A stretch of DNA of 64,000 bases from Candidatus Enterenecus sp. (GCA_051886935.1 JBJEYO010000004.1:9634-73633); one strand, 5' to 3'. Positions 38,386-48,025 are shown, counted from the first letter of the stretch. Notes: generated from the sequence alone by a model not told the origin. Numbers and translations: made by a program.

Positions 38386-40620
38386 GTGAACGATGACATT
38401 CGCGCCCGGTATGAGGCGCTGGAGCGGCATATCCTCGCCAACAATCCCAATACGGACGTGGCCCGTGTGCGGGCCGCCTTTGAATACGCCGACGAGCACC
38501 ACGGGGCTCAGCTGCGCAAGAGCGGCGAGCCCTATATCACCCATCCCATCGCCGTGGCCGAGATCGTCAACGAGCTGGGCCTGGACGCGGATTCGGTGAT
38601 CGCCGCCCTGCTCCACGACTGCATCGAGGACACCGACTCCACCCATGAGGACATCGCCCGCCGGTTCGGCCCCACCGTGGCCGATCTGGTGGAGGGAGTC
38701 ACCAAGCTGACCCGGATGCAGTACACCTCCAAAGAGGACGAGCAGATGGAGAACCTGCGCAAGATGTTCATGGCCATGAGCAAGGATGTGCGGGTCATCC
38801 TCATCAAGCTGTGCGACCGTCTGCACAATATGCGCACCCTGGAGTACCAGTCGGAGCGCAAGCAGAAAGAAAAGTCCCTGGAGACCATGGAGATCTACGC
38901 CCCCATCGCCCACCGCTTAGGTATGCAGCGCATCAAGTGGGAGCTGGAGGACATCGCCCTGCACTACCTGGACCCTATCGGCTACGCCGACGTCCAGCAC
39001 GAGCTGGAGGAGATGACCCGGGAGAACAAGGAGTTCCTGGAGCGGATGCAGAAGCAGATCGAGTCCCGCCTGGAGGCGGAGGGCGTGAACTGCAAGGTGT
39101 ACGGCCGGCTGAAGCACATCTACTCCATCTACCGCAAGATGTACGCACAGAACAAGACCCTGAAGGAGATCTTCGACATCTACGCCTTCCGGGTCATCGT
39201 GCAGGACATTCCCGCCTGCTATAACGTGCTGGGCAGCATCCACGATATGTTCAAGCCCATCCTGGGCCGGTTCAAGGACTATATCAGCACCCCCAAGCCC
39301 AACGGCTACCAGTCCCTCCACACCACCGTCATCGGCAGCGAGGGCATCCCCTTCGAGGTGCAGATCCGCACATGGGCCATGCACCAGACGGCGGAATACG
39401 GCGTGGCCGCCCACTGGAAGTACAAGCAGGGCCTGGCCAACAAGAACCTGGGCAGCGAGGGGGAGTTCGAGTGGGTGCGCAAGCTGCTGGAGAGCCAGCA
39501 GGATACCGACCCGGACGAGTTTGTGCGCACGCTGAAGGTGGACCTGTTTTCCGATGAGGTGTTCGTGTTCACCCCCAACGGGGACGTGAAGAGCCTGCCC
39601 GCCGGGGCCACCCCCATCGACTTCGCCTACTCCATCCACTCCGCCGTGGGCAACGCCATGACCGGAGCCCGGGTCAACGGCCGTATCGTCACCTTTGACA
39701 CCCCCCTGAAAAACGGCGACATCGTGGAGATCATCACCTCCAAGTCCGCCCGGGGCCCCAGCCGGGACTGGATGAACATCTGCAAGTCCAACGAGGCCCG
39801 CAACAAGATCCGCCAGTGGTTCAAGAAGGAGCGCCGGGAGGAGAACATCGCCACCGGACGGGCCTCCTTTGAATCGGAGCTGAAGCACGTGGGGCTGACC
39901 ATGTCGGCCATCACCGCCACCCCGGAGGTGCTGGACGCCCTGCTGAAGCGGGTGCGGTTTGGCTCTCTGGACGAGCTGTACGCCGCCATCGGCTACGGCG
40001 GCATGTCCGCCCAGAAGGCCGCCGGGCGCATGAAGGAAGAGCTGACCCGCATGGGCCGGCTGGAGCGGCAGGCCGCCGAGCGCCAGGCCTTCCAGGAGGC
40101 CGCGGCCTCCGGCGAGGCCATCTTCCCCTCCGGCAAGCCGGAGCAGCCCAAGGTCCACCACTCGTCCAACGGCATCATCGTGGCCGGGCTGGACAACTGC
40201 ATGGTCAAATTCGCCAAGTGCTGCACTCCCGTCCCCGGCGACCCGGTGGTGGGCTTCATCACCCGGGGCTACGGCGTGTCCATCCACCGGCAGGACTGCC
40301 CCAACGCCGATCCCGCCCGGCGCAAGCCGGAGGAGGCGGGGCGCTGGGTGGCCGCCTCCTGGGCGGACAACGAGCTGACCAGCTACCGCACCTCCCTGGA
40401 GATCTCCGCCAAGGACCGGGACGGCCTGACCCTGGACGTGGCCACTGTGCTGTCCGCCCAGAAGGTGCGGGTCAACAACCTGTCCGCCCGCAGCCAGCCC
40501 GACGGCTACGCCGTCATCATCCTGGAGCTGTCCGTCAAGGACAAGTCCGAGCTGGCCGGCGTCATCAACAAGCTCAATCAGATCAGCGGCGTGTTCCTGG
40601 TCAGGCGCGCCGGAGGCTGA
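38386..40620 (+). CDS. relA: Bifunctional (p)ppGpp synthetase/hydrolase Rel
   Basis: RKSGEPYITHP, LLHDCIED (HD), DRLHNMRT, PKPNGYQSLHT, EVQIRT, TGS (FTPNG..TPIDFAY), CC, ACT. GTG start after AGGAGG. Confidence 0.97.
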   Translation: MNDDIRARYEALERHILANNPNTDVARVRAAFEYADEHHGAQLRKSGEPYITHPIAVAEIVNELGLDADSVIAALLHDCIEDTDSTHEDIARRFGPTVADLVEGVTKLTRMQYTSKEDEQMENLRKMFMAMSKDVRVILIKLCDRLHNMRTLEYQSERKQKEKSLETMEIYAPIAHRLGMQRIKWELEDIALHYLDPIGYADVQHELEEMTRENKEFLERMQKQIESRLEAEGVNCKVYGRLKHIYSIYRKMYAQNKTLKEIFDIYAFRVIVQDIPACYNVLGSIHDMFKPILGRFKDYISTPKPNGYQSLHTTVIGSEGIPFEVQIRTWAMHQTAEYGVAAHWKYKQGLANKNLGSEGEFEWVRKLLESQQDTDPDEFVRTLKVDLFSDEVFVFTPNGDVKSLPAGATPIDFAYSIHSAVGNAMTGARVNGRIVTFDTPLKNGDIVEIITSKSARGPSRDWMNICKSNEARNKIRQWFKKERREENIATGRASFESELKHVGLTMSAITATPEVLDALLKRVRFGSLDELYAAIGYGGMSAQKAAGRMKEELTRMGRLERQAAERQAFQEAAASGEAIFPSGKPEQPKVHHSSNGIIVAGLDNCMVKFAKCCTPVPGDPVVGFITRGYGVSIHRQDCPNADPARRKPEEAGRWVAASWADNELTSYRTSLEISAKDRDGLTLDVATVLSAQKVRVNNLSARSQPDGYAVIILELSVKDKSELAGVINKLNQISGVFLVRRAGG

Positions 40621-40648
40621 TCCAACGGAAAAGGAGCCTGATTCTCAT

Positions 40649-41863
40649 ATGTCCACCCCCCAGTTCCAGCCGCTTCTGTTCGGCGGCGACATCAATGTAT
40701 ACAGCGTGGCCCGGGCCTTTCACGAGGCCTACGGCGTCAAGTCCATCGCCTACGGCAAGTTCGTCTCCTTTCCCTGCGCGTACAGCTCCATCATCGACTA
40801 CCGCCCCTGCCTGAACAACGAGGACGCGGACACCTTTCTGCACAATGTGGAGCAGGTGTGTGCCGAGTGCGCCGACAAGACGGTGCTGGTCATCGGCTGC
40901 GGCGACAGCTATGTGAAGCTGGCGGCCCATCTGCGGGACCGCTTTCCCGCCAATGCCCGCTGCAACTATATCAGCGGCGAGCTGATGGACTCCCTCACCG
41001 ACAAGGAGCAGTTCTACGCCCTGTGCGACAGATACGGCATCGACCACCCGGCTACCTTTGTCTACGACGGCTCCATGGGCCACGACTTCACCTTGCCCTG
41101 GGGTGCGCCCTATATCGCCAAGCCCGCCGACGGCGTGGCCTACTGGGCCACGGGCCACAACGAGCTGAAGAAAGTGTATATCTGCCAGAGCTGGGAGGAG
41201 CTGCTCGCCGCCCTGGACGAGGTGTACGCCGCCGGCTACCCCGGCCACATGATCCTCCAGGAGTTCATCCCCGGGGACGACACCTATATGCGGGTGCTGA
41301 CCAACTACTCCGACACCCACGGCAGGGTCAAGCTCATGTGCCTGGGCCATGTGCTGCTGGAGGAGCACTCCCCCCACGGCATTGGCAACCATGCCGTCAT
41401 CATCACCGAGCACGACCAGGCCCTGTGCGACCGCGTCCGGGCCATGCTGGAGGACCTGAATTATGTGGGCTTCTCCAACTTCGACATCAAGTACGACATG
41501 CGGGACGGGAAGTACAAGGCCTTTGAGATTAACACCCGCCAGGGCCGCAGCAACTACTATGTCACCGGCTCCGGCCACAACATCGCCGAGTATCTGGTGG
41601 GCGACCTGCTGGAGGGGAAGGACCTGCCCCTGACCGTGGTGGAGGAGGAGACCATCTGGCGTATGATTCCCCGCCGCCTGGCCTATACTTTTATCCCCAA
41701 AAGTTACCATGCCCGGATGAAAAAGCTGTTTCACAAGGGCACCGACCACCACTCCATGGAGTACCGCCCCGACTATACGCCCAGGCGCATCTGGCGTATC
41801 TGGAAAAACCACATCGGCACCTATGTGCGCTTTTACAAGCACAATCAGAAACCCAACGATTGA
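40649..41863 (+). CDS. ATP-grasp D-aspartate ligase (Aslfm-like peptidoglycan side-chain ligase)
   Basis: GGDINVYSVARAFHEAYG, DKEQFY, ILQEFIPGDD, GFSNFDIKYD.RDG, FEINTRQGRSNYY; adjacent to Asp racemase. Confidence 0.82.
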   Translation: MSTPQFQPLLFGGDINVYSVARAFHEAYGVKSIAYGKFVSFPCAYSSIIDYRPCLNNEDADTFLHNVEQVCAECADKTVLVIGCGDSYVKLAAHLRDRFPANARCNYISGELMDSLTDKEQFYALCDRYGIDHPATFVYDGSMGHDFTLPWGAPYIAKPADGVAYWATGHNELKKVYICQSWEELLAALDEVYAAGYPGHMILQEFIPGDDTYMRVLTNYSDTHGRVKLMCLGHVLLEEHSPHGIGNHAVIITEHDQALCDRVRAMLEDLNYVGFSNFDIKYDMRDGKYKAFEINTRQGRSNYYVTGSGHNIAEYLVGDLLEGKDLPLTVVEEETIWRMIPRRLAYTFIPKSYHARMKKLFHKGTDHHSMEYRPDYTPRRIWRIWKNHIGTYVRFYKHNQKPND

Positions 41864-41875
41864 CGAGGTAGCACC

Positions 41876-42580
41876 ATGAGTCAACAGAAATTAGGCGTGC
41901 TGGGGGGTATGGGCCCCCAGGCCACCCAGATGTTCTACCAATTTGTGCTGGACCGCACCGACGCGGCCCGGGACCAGGATCATCTGCCCGCCCTCATCCT
42001 GTCCGACACCGGCATGCCCGACCGCACCACGGCCATCCTGTCCGGGGACACGGAGACGCTGTACGGGCGGCTGCTGGCCGACGCCAGGCTGCTGGAGGGC
42101 TGCGGCTGCACCGCCATCGCCATCCCCTGCAACACCTCCCACTATTTTGTGGACAGGCTCCAGGGGGATGTGAAGATTCCTGTGCTCCACATGATCCGGG
42201 AGACCGCCGCCGCCCTGGCCCGCCAGGGGAAAAAGCGCCCGGGCATCCTGGCCACCGACGGCACCATCCGCACCGGGCTGTACCAGAAGGAGTGCGCCGC
42301 CCTGGGGCTGGAGGCCGTGGCCCCCGACGCCGGCACCCAGAAGCTGGTCATGTCTATCATCTACGACGAGATCAAGCAGGGGGAAAAGGGCAGCCGGGAG
42401 AAGTTCGCCCAGATCGACAAGGCCATCCGGGCCGCCGGCTGCGACTGCGCCATCCTGGCCTGCACCGAGCTGTCCGTCTTTGCCACCTACCACCCGCTGC
42501 CGCCCTTCTATGTGGACGCCATGATGGTGCTGGCCGAGCGGGCGGTGGAGCGGTGCGGATATCCCCTGCGGACCATCTGA
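41876..42580 (+). CDS. Aspartate racemase (Asp/Glu racemase family)
   Basis: LGVLGGMGPQAT, DQDH, PDRT, PCNTSH and ACTELS (two catalytic Cys). Confidence 0.9.
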   Translation: MSQQKLGVLGGMGPQATQMFYQFVLDRTDAARDQDHLPALILSDTGMPDRTTAILSGDTETLYGRLLADARLLEGCGCTAIAIPCNTSHYFVDRLQGDVKIPVLHMIRETAAALARQGKKRPGILATDGTIRTGLYQKECAALGLEAVAPDAGTQKLVMSIIYDEIKQGEKGSREKFAQIDKAIRAAGCDCAILACTELSVFATYHPLPPFYVDAMMVLAERAVERCGYPLRTI

Positions 42581-42596
42581 CGGGGAGGCGCGGCCC

Positions 42597-44150
42597 ATGA
42601 CTTTCATCCGTTACCCCCTGAAGGACTACTGCGCCCTGCTGGCCGACAGTGATCTGCTGGCCGCGCCCCTGCCCGGCGGGCTGGACCTGGAGCGGACGGT
42701 GGCGCTGGTGTCCTGCGACTCCCAGACCGTGGCGCCCGGCACTCTGTTCTTGTGCAAGGGCGCCCATTTCAAGGCGGAATATCTGGCCCAGGCCGCCGCA
42801 AAGGGCGCCTTCGCCTATGTCAGCGAGACCCCCTACCCCCAGGTGGACCTGCCCTGCATTCTGGTGAACGACATGCGGCGGGCCATGGCGGAGCTTGCGG
42901 TGAAGTATTATAACGACCCCTCCCGCCGGCTGAAGGTCATCGGCATCACCGGCACCAAGGGCAAGTCCTCCACCGCCTACTATCTGAAGTATGTTCTGGA
43001 CGAATATCTGGCGGAGAAGGGAACGCGCTGCGGCGTCATCTCCTCCATCCACACCTATGACGGCGTGGAGGAGTTCGAGTCCCACCTGACCACCCCGGAG
43101 CCGCTGGAGCTGCAGCGGCACTTCGCCAACGCCCTCTCCGCCGGGCTGGAGTATGTGGTCATGGAGGTGTCCAGCCAGGCGCTGAAGTACCACCGCACCC
43201 TGGGCGTCCGGTTCGCCGCCGCCTGCTTCCTTAACATCGGCCGGGACCATATCTCCCCCATCGAACACCCGGATTTTGAGGACTATTTCCACTCCAAGCT
43301 GAAACTTTTTGCCCAGGCCGACCTGGCCTGCGTCAATCTGGACAGTGACCACGCCGGCGAGATTTTGGCCGCCGCCCGGCGGGACTGCCCCCGTGTGCTC
43401 ACCTTCTCCCGGCGTGAGGATGGGGCCGATGTGTATGGCAGCCGCGTCCGAAAAGAAGGGCAGGACATTCTGTTCCGGGCGGACGGACCCACGATTTCCG
43501 GGGAATTCCGGCTGGCCATGCCCGGGCTGTTCAACGTGGAGAACGCCATGGCGGCCATTGCCGTCTGCGAGGGCCTGGGCATTCCTCAGCAGGCCGTCCG
43601 CGCGGGGCTGGCCAAGGCCCGTGTGCCGGGGCGGATGGAGGTCTACTCCAGCGCCGGCGGGAAACTGACGGCCATTGTGGACTACGCCCACAACCGCCTG
43701 AGCTTTGAGACCCTGTTCCGCTCGGTGCGGGAGGAATACCCCGGCCGGCGCATCGTCACCGTGTTCGGCTGCCCCGGCAAAAAGGCCTTTGAGCGGCGGC
43801 GGGACCTGGGCCAGGTGGCCGGGGCCTGCTCCGACCTGGTGGTGCTCACCGAGGAGGACTCCGGCGAGGAGGACACATTGTCCATCTGCCGGGAGATCGC
43901 TGCCCATGTGGCGGAGCAGGGCTGCCCGTACCGCATCGAGCCCAACCGGGGCGAGGCCATCCGTCAGGCCGTCCTGAGCTGTGACGGCCCCTCCGTGGTG
44001 CTCATCACTGGCAAGGGGGCGGAGACCCGCCAGAAGCGGGGGCTGGAGTATATCGACACCCCCTCCGATGTGGAGTACGCCCAGGCTTTCCTGCGGGAGT
44101 ACGACGCCCGCGGGACGGAGAGGCCGGACCGGGCGCTGAAAAAAGCATAA
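42597..44150 (+). CDS. murE: MurE-family ligase 1, non-DAP type (probably L-Lys/L-Orn-adding)
   Basis: GITGTKGKSS, TTPE, MEVSSQA, DHISPIEH, PGRME, DYAHN. The specificity loop reads TEEDSG instead of DNPR, and GKGAE replaces GKGHE. Confidence 0.85.
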   Translation: MTFIRYPLKDYCALLADSDLLAAPLPGGLDLERTVALVSCDSQTVAPGTLFLCKGAHFKAEYLAQAAAKGAFAYVSETPYPQVDLPCILVNDMRRAMAELAVKYYNDPSRRLKVIGITGTKGKSSTAYYLKYVLDEYLAEKGTRCGVISSIHTYDGVEEFESHLTTPEPLELQRHFANALSAGLEYVVMEVSSQALKYHRTLGVRFAAACFLNIGRDHISPIEHPDFEDYFHSKLKLFAQADLACVNLDSDHAGEILAAARRDCPRVLTFSRREDGADVYGSRVRKEGQDILFRADGPTISGEFRLAMPGLFNVENAMAAIAVCEGLGIPQQAVRAGLAKARVPGRMEVYSSAGGKLTAIVDYAHNRLSFETLFRSVREEYPGRRIVTVFGCPGKKAFERRRDLGQVAGACSDLVVLTEEDSGEEDTLSICREIAAHVAEQGCPYRIEPNRGEAIRQAVLSCDGPSVVLITGKGAETRQKRGLEYIDTPSDVEYAQAFLREYDARGTERPDRALKKA

Positions 44151-44154
44151 GATG

Positions 44155-44194
44155 AAAAAGTGTCCCTTTCCGCCGCGGAAAGGGACACTTTTTT
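44155..44194 (+). terminator. Intrinsic terminator separating the two murE genes
   Basis: AAAAAGTGTCCCTTTCC-gccgc-GGAAAGGGACACTTTTTT. Confidence 0.85.
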
Positions 44195-44212
44195 GCGTTC
44201 AGCCATAGATTG
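44185..44212 (+). promoter_or_regulatory. Possible mother-cell sporulation (SigK/SigE-type) promoter of second murE
   Basis: ACA-N16-CATAGATTG resembles SigK AC..N16..CATAnnnT. No TATAAT-like -10 lies between the terminator and the SD. Confidence 0.45.
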
Positions 44213-44235
44213 GGACAGCAAACGGCAAAGGAGCG

Positions 44236-45648
44236 ATGACCATGAAGCTGTCCCGCTTGCTGTCCGCCGCCGGGCTTGTGTGTCCGGAGGAGCGGGAGAT
44301 CACCGGGCTGGCCTGCGATTCCAACCAGGTGGAGCCGGGGACCCTGTTCACGGCTCTGGAGGGGGCCAGGAGCGACGGACGGGATTACATACCCCAGGCG
44401 GTGGAGAGGGGGGCCGCGGCGGTGGTGTGCCGGGAGGGGGGAGCGGCCCCGGTGCCCGTCATCCACGCCCCCGATCCCCGCTGTGCCCTGGCCCATATGG
44501 CGGCGGAGTTCTGCGGCCGCCCCGCCGACCGGCTGTGCCTCATCGCCGTCACCGGCACCAAGGGCAAAACCACCACCGCCCATATGGTTCGGGAGATCCT
44601 GACGGCGGCAGGACATGAAACGGGCATGATCGGCACTTTGGGGGCCTTCGCGGGCGAGACGCCTATCGCCCCCGCCGTCAACACCACCCCGGAGCCCATC
44701 ACCCTCCACCGGCTGCTGCGGCGAATGGAGGAGGGGGGCTGCACCCATGTGGTGCTGGAGGCCTCCTCCCAGGCCATGAAGCTGGAGCGGCTGGCGGGAA
44801 TGACCTTTGACGGAGCGGTGTTCCTGAACCTGTCCCCGGATCACATCGGGCCGGGGGAGCACAGGGACTTTGCGGAGTACCGGGCCTGCAAGGCGGCCCT
44901 GTTCCGCCAGTGCCGTCTGGCGGTGGGCAATGCCGCCGACCCGGCCTGGCCTTACATGGCGGCGGAGGTGCCCGCGGGGGCGGCTGTCCGCACATTCGGC
45001 GGCTGTGCCTGCCGCCCGGGGCCCGGCCTGACCACGCTCCTCACCCTGCCGGGGGAGGAGGACTATGTGATCCCCATGCCGGGGGCCTTCAACGGGCAGA
45101 ACGCCCTGGCGGCCATCACCCTGTGCCGGGCGCTGGGGGTGGAGGACGGAGCCATCCGGACGGGACTGGGCCGGGTGAGGGTGCCGGGGCGGTGCATGGT
45201 CTATCCCGCCTCCGCCCCCTACGGGGTGGTCATCGACTACGCCCACAACGGGGCCAGCTTCGCCGCCCTGTTCGCCGCCTTGCGGGAGCGGCCCCATGGG
45301 AAGCTCGTCGCGGTGTTCGGCGCGGGGGGCGACCGCCCGCCCATGCGGCGGCACGACCTGGCCCGGGCGGCGGCCGAGGGGGCGGACTTCGCTGTCATCA
45401 CCGAGGATAATCCCAGGAGCGAGCGGGTGGAGGACATCTGCGCCCAGATTGCCGGGGCCATGCCTGACCTGCCCCATGTCATCGTCCCGGATCGGCGGGA
45501 GGCCATTTATTACGCATTGAACATGGCGGGACCAGGGGATATTGTAGCCCTGCTGGGCAAGGGGCATGAGGAATATATCGAGACAAATGGTGTGCGGCGG
45601 CACTTCTCGGAGTGGGAGGTGCTGGAGGAGTATTTCGGGGAGAAATAA
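44236..45648 (+). CDS. murE: MurE-family ligase 2, meso-diaminopimelate type
   Basis: VTGTKGKTT, TTPEP, EASSQA, DYAHN, FGAGGDR, TEDNPRSE (DNPR motif), GKGHE. Start is 44236 or 44242. Confidence 0.88.
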   Translation: MTMKLSRLLSAAGLVCPEEREITGLACDSNQVEPGTLFTALEGARSDGRDYIPQAVERGAAAVVCREGGAAPVPVIHAPDPRCALAHMAAEFCGRPADRLCLIAVTGTKGKTTTAHMVREILTAAGHETGMIGTLGAFAGETPIAPAVNTTPEPITLHRLLRRMEEGGCTHVVLEASSQAMKLERLAGMTFDGAVFLNLSPDHIGPGEHRDFAEYRACKAALFRQCRLAVGNAADPAWPYMAAEVPAGAAVRTFGGCACRPGPGLTTLLTLPGEEDYVIPMPGAFNGQNALAAITLCRALGVEDGAIRTGLGRVRVPGRCMVYPASAPYGVVIDYAHNGASFAALFAALRERPHGKLVAVFGAGGDRPPMRRHDLARAAAEGADFAVITEDNPRSERVEDICAQIAGAMPDLPHVIVPDRREAIYYALNMAGPGDIVALLGKGHEEYIETNGVRRHFSEWEVLEEYFGEK

Positions 45649-45650
45649 AG

Positions 45651-45681
45651 CAAAACAGACGCGCGGCGCGCGTCTGTTTTG
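45651..45681. terminator. Bidirectional terminator
   Basis: CAAAACAGACGCGCG-g-CGCGCGTCTGTTTTG between convergent genes. Confidence 0.75.
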
Positions 45682-45686
45682 ATATT

Positions 45687-47294
45687 TCACTTCACCCGGA
45701 AGGTCCTGGGGGAACGCTTCCACACCAGCAGCAGGATGACGGCGGAGTAGGCCACCGTGACCGCCAGCACAACGGGGGTGAACCAGCGGGGGGTGGAGCG
45801 GATTTGGATGCAGGCGTAGCACAGGATGTAAATGACCGTGTTGACGAGGCCGAAAAAGGGATTTTTGATCTTCAGGTCGGAGGTGTAGGGCTGGAACAGG
45901 TAGTACATGCCCAGAGAGTGGACGGCGAAGAATACCCCCAGGCACAGCAGGGCGATGAGAAAGGCAATGTAGTCCACCAGGGGCGGGCGGCCGCCGGCGC
46001 ACAGCACCATGGCGGTGAACATGACGCACACAGCCCCCGACATGAGCAGGTTGACCCCGCACAGCCGGCGGAACCGGAGGGCGAAGTTTTTCAGCACCAC
46101 CCCGGGCTGGCGGTACCAGCCGTACTTCAGCATGGCCAGGTCGCAGTTGTAGAACATGGCCTTGGTGATGCGGGTGCCCATGATATTGCTCTGGATGATG
46201 TAGAGGAAAAACACGCAGAAGGGCAGCACCGCGGTGACGTGGGAGAATAGCTCGCTCAGGTCCTCCCCCCGGAAGATGAGCAGCGGGACACAGCAGATGA
46301 CGGTGACGGCGGCGATGCCGATGAGGATGTACTTCAGGGGCTTGTACATCATCCGGCTGTGGCGGCGGAAGAACAGGGCCTGGAGATAGGGCCAGCCGGA
46401 CAGGTTGGCGCACTCCCCCTCGGCGGTCAGGTCGCTGTCCTTCAGCCGCACGTCCTGAAAGGCGGCGCCGGCGCTCTTCTGCTGGGCCACCTCGGCGGAG
46501 ACCTTGTCCGCGGTGCACACATCCAGGGTCAGCCGATAGTACCGGGGATAGCGGCAGAGCATGACCACGGAGAACACGCCGCCGGCCAAGAGAATGAGAA
46601 ACACGGGGGCGGACAGCAGCCAGTGCTCGGTGCCCAGATCCAGCAGCAGGCCGGGGACATAGGCGGCGGCCAGACCGGCGAAGATGACCGTCAGGGAGAA
46701 CCAGGTGCGGCCAAAGAGGGGCCGGCCCAGCCTGTCATAGGCCCAGACATGGAACCACTCCATGATAAGCCGGGCGCAGGACAGCTCCGCCGACAGCACC
46801 AGGCCGGGCAGAGCGCCCCGGCCCATGAGGGCGGAGACGGTGACGAGGGCGGCGGTAAAGGTGATGAAATATTCCAGATGGTGCTTCAGCTCCGCCGCCA
46901 GGTGGTAGCGGCCGGCGCTCATGCCCATCATGCGCACGCAGGTGTACTTGAGCTGGTCGCTGGCCACGGCGCAGGGGTTCAGCAGGGCGCCGGTGACAAA
47001 GCTGAGCATGAACAGCAGCCAGCAGAACCGGCCGAATTCCTGCCTCAGCCCGGCGGGCTCGGCCACAATGAGCAGGGGCAGCACGCACATGACCCCAACA
47101 TAGAGAAAGGTGCCGGCGAAGGACTTGATAGCCCGCCAGACCCACAGCAGGATGGACAGAGCCAGCTTGCCCTCCTTGGCGGAGTACAGGGTGTCGGACA
47201 CCAGGCGGCGGATGAGGGGGATGCGGCCCAGCCAGTAGATGACCTTGTTGCCCCGCATGGCCGCGTCGATGCGCAGAACGGTGGAGCCGGTCAT
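45687..47294 (-). CDS. Multi-pass membrane protein, probable ABC exporter permease
   Basis: 535 aa with about 12 hydrophobic segments; start overlaps the stop of the ABC ATPase (ATGA). Confidence 0.7.
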   Translation of the reverse strand: MTGSTVLRIDAAMRGNKVIYWLGRIPLIRRLVSDTLYSAKEGKLALSILLWVWRAIKSFAGTFLYVGVMCVLPLLIVAEPAGLRQEFGRFCWLLFMLSFVTGALLNPCAVASDQLKYTCVRMMGMSAGRYHLAAELKHHLEYFITFTAALVTVSALMGRGALPGLVLSAELSCARLIMEWFHVWAYDRLGRPLFGRTWFSLTVIFAGLAAAYVPGLLLDLGTEHWLLSAPVFLILLAGGVFSVVMLCRYPRYYRLTLDVCTADKVSAEVAQQKSAGAAFQDVRLKDSDLTAEGECANLSGWPYLQALFFRRHSRMMYKPLKYILIGIAAVTVICCVPLLIFRGEDLSELFSHVTAVLPFCVFFLYIIQSNIMGTRITKAMFYNCDLAMLKYGWYRQPGVVLKNFALRFRRLCGVNLLMSGAVCVMFTAMVLCAGGRPPLVDYIAFLIALLCLGVFFAVHSLGMYYLFQPYTSDLKIKNPFFGLVNTVIYILCYACIQIRSTPRWFTPVVLAVTVAYSAVILLLVWKRSPRTFRVK

Positions 47295-48010
47295 GCCTCT
47301 CCCTCCCGGCTGTCCGTGTCCTTCAGAATGTCAATGATGCGGTTTTCAAATTCCGGCGTGTGGATGATGGAGGAATCCACCCCCTCCAGCAGGCCGTGGT
47401 TGAGAATGACGATCTCGTCGCACAGGTCGGCGGCCAACTGCAGAATGTGGGTGGAGAAGATGATGATGTGCTCGTCCTTCATCTCCCGCAGCAGGTTTTT
47501 CATCTCCAGGGCGGCCACCACGTCGAAGGAGGTCAGCGGCTCGTCCAGCAGGATGACCGGGGGCCGGCCGATGAGGAAGCACAGCATCTGCACCTTGTTC
47601 TTCATGCCGTGAGAGTAGCCCCGCATGAGCCGGTGGCGGTCCTCCTTCTCCAGCCCCACCAGGGCCAGCCAGTCGTCGGGGGTGCGGCCGGTGTTGCCCG
47701 GGTCGCCGGTGATCTCCAGGAAGAACTTGACGAACTCATAGCCCGTCAGGAACTCCGGTACCACCGGGGTGGACAGCACATAGCCCACGTCCCCCTGGGT
47801 CAGGGGGCGCAGCGCGCCGCCCTCGGACAGGCGCACCGTGCCGCTGTCCGGCGGAAACTCGTCGGACAGGCAGTTGAAGAGGGTGGTCTTGCCTGCGCCG
47901 TTGCGGCCCAGCAGGCCGTAGATGCCCGCCTGGCCGAAGGTGTAGGTGGCGCCCTTGAGCACCTCTTTTTCACCGAAGTTCTTTTTGATGTCGGTCAGGA
48001 TCAGTTCCAT
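47291..48010 (-). CDS. ABC transporter ATP-binding protein
   Basis: GRNGAGKTT, YSHGM signature variant, LLDEP, STH. Confidence 0.93.
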   Translation of the reverse strand: MELILTDIKKNFGEKEVLKGATYTFGQAGIYGLLGRNGAGKTTLFNCLSDEFPPDSGTVRLSEGGALRPLTQGDVGYVLSTPVVPEFLTGYEFVKFFLEITGDPGNTGRTPDDWLALVGLEKEDRHRLMRGYSHGMKNKVQMLCFLIGRPPVILLDEPLTSFDVVAALEMKNLLREMKDEHIIIFSTHILQLAADLCDEIVILNHGLLEGVDSSIIHTPEFENRIIDILKDTDSREGEA

Positions 48011-48025
48011 AACAGTTCCTCTCTC

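Noticed and set aside
40649-42580. ATP-grasp plus racemase as a RiPP or peptide natural-product cluster
   Set aside because: No precursor peptide or tailoring genes. The motifs and adjacent MurE fit a peptidoglycan D-Asp ligase better.
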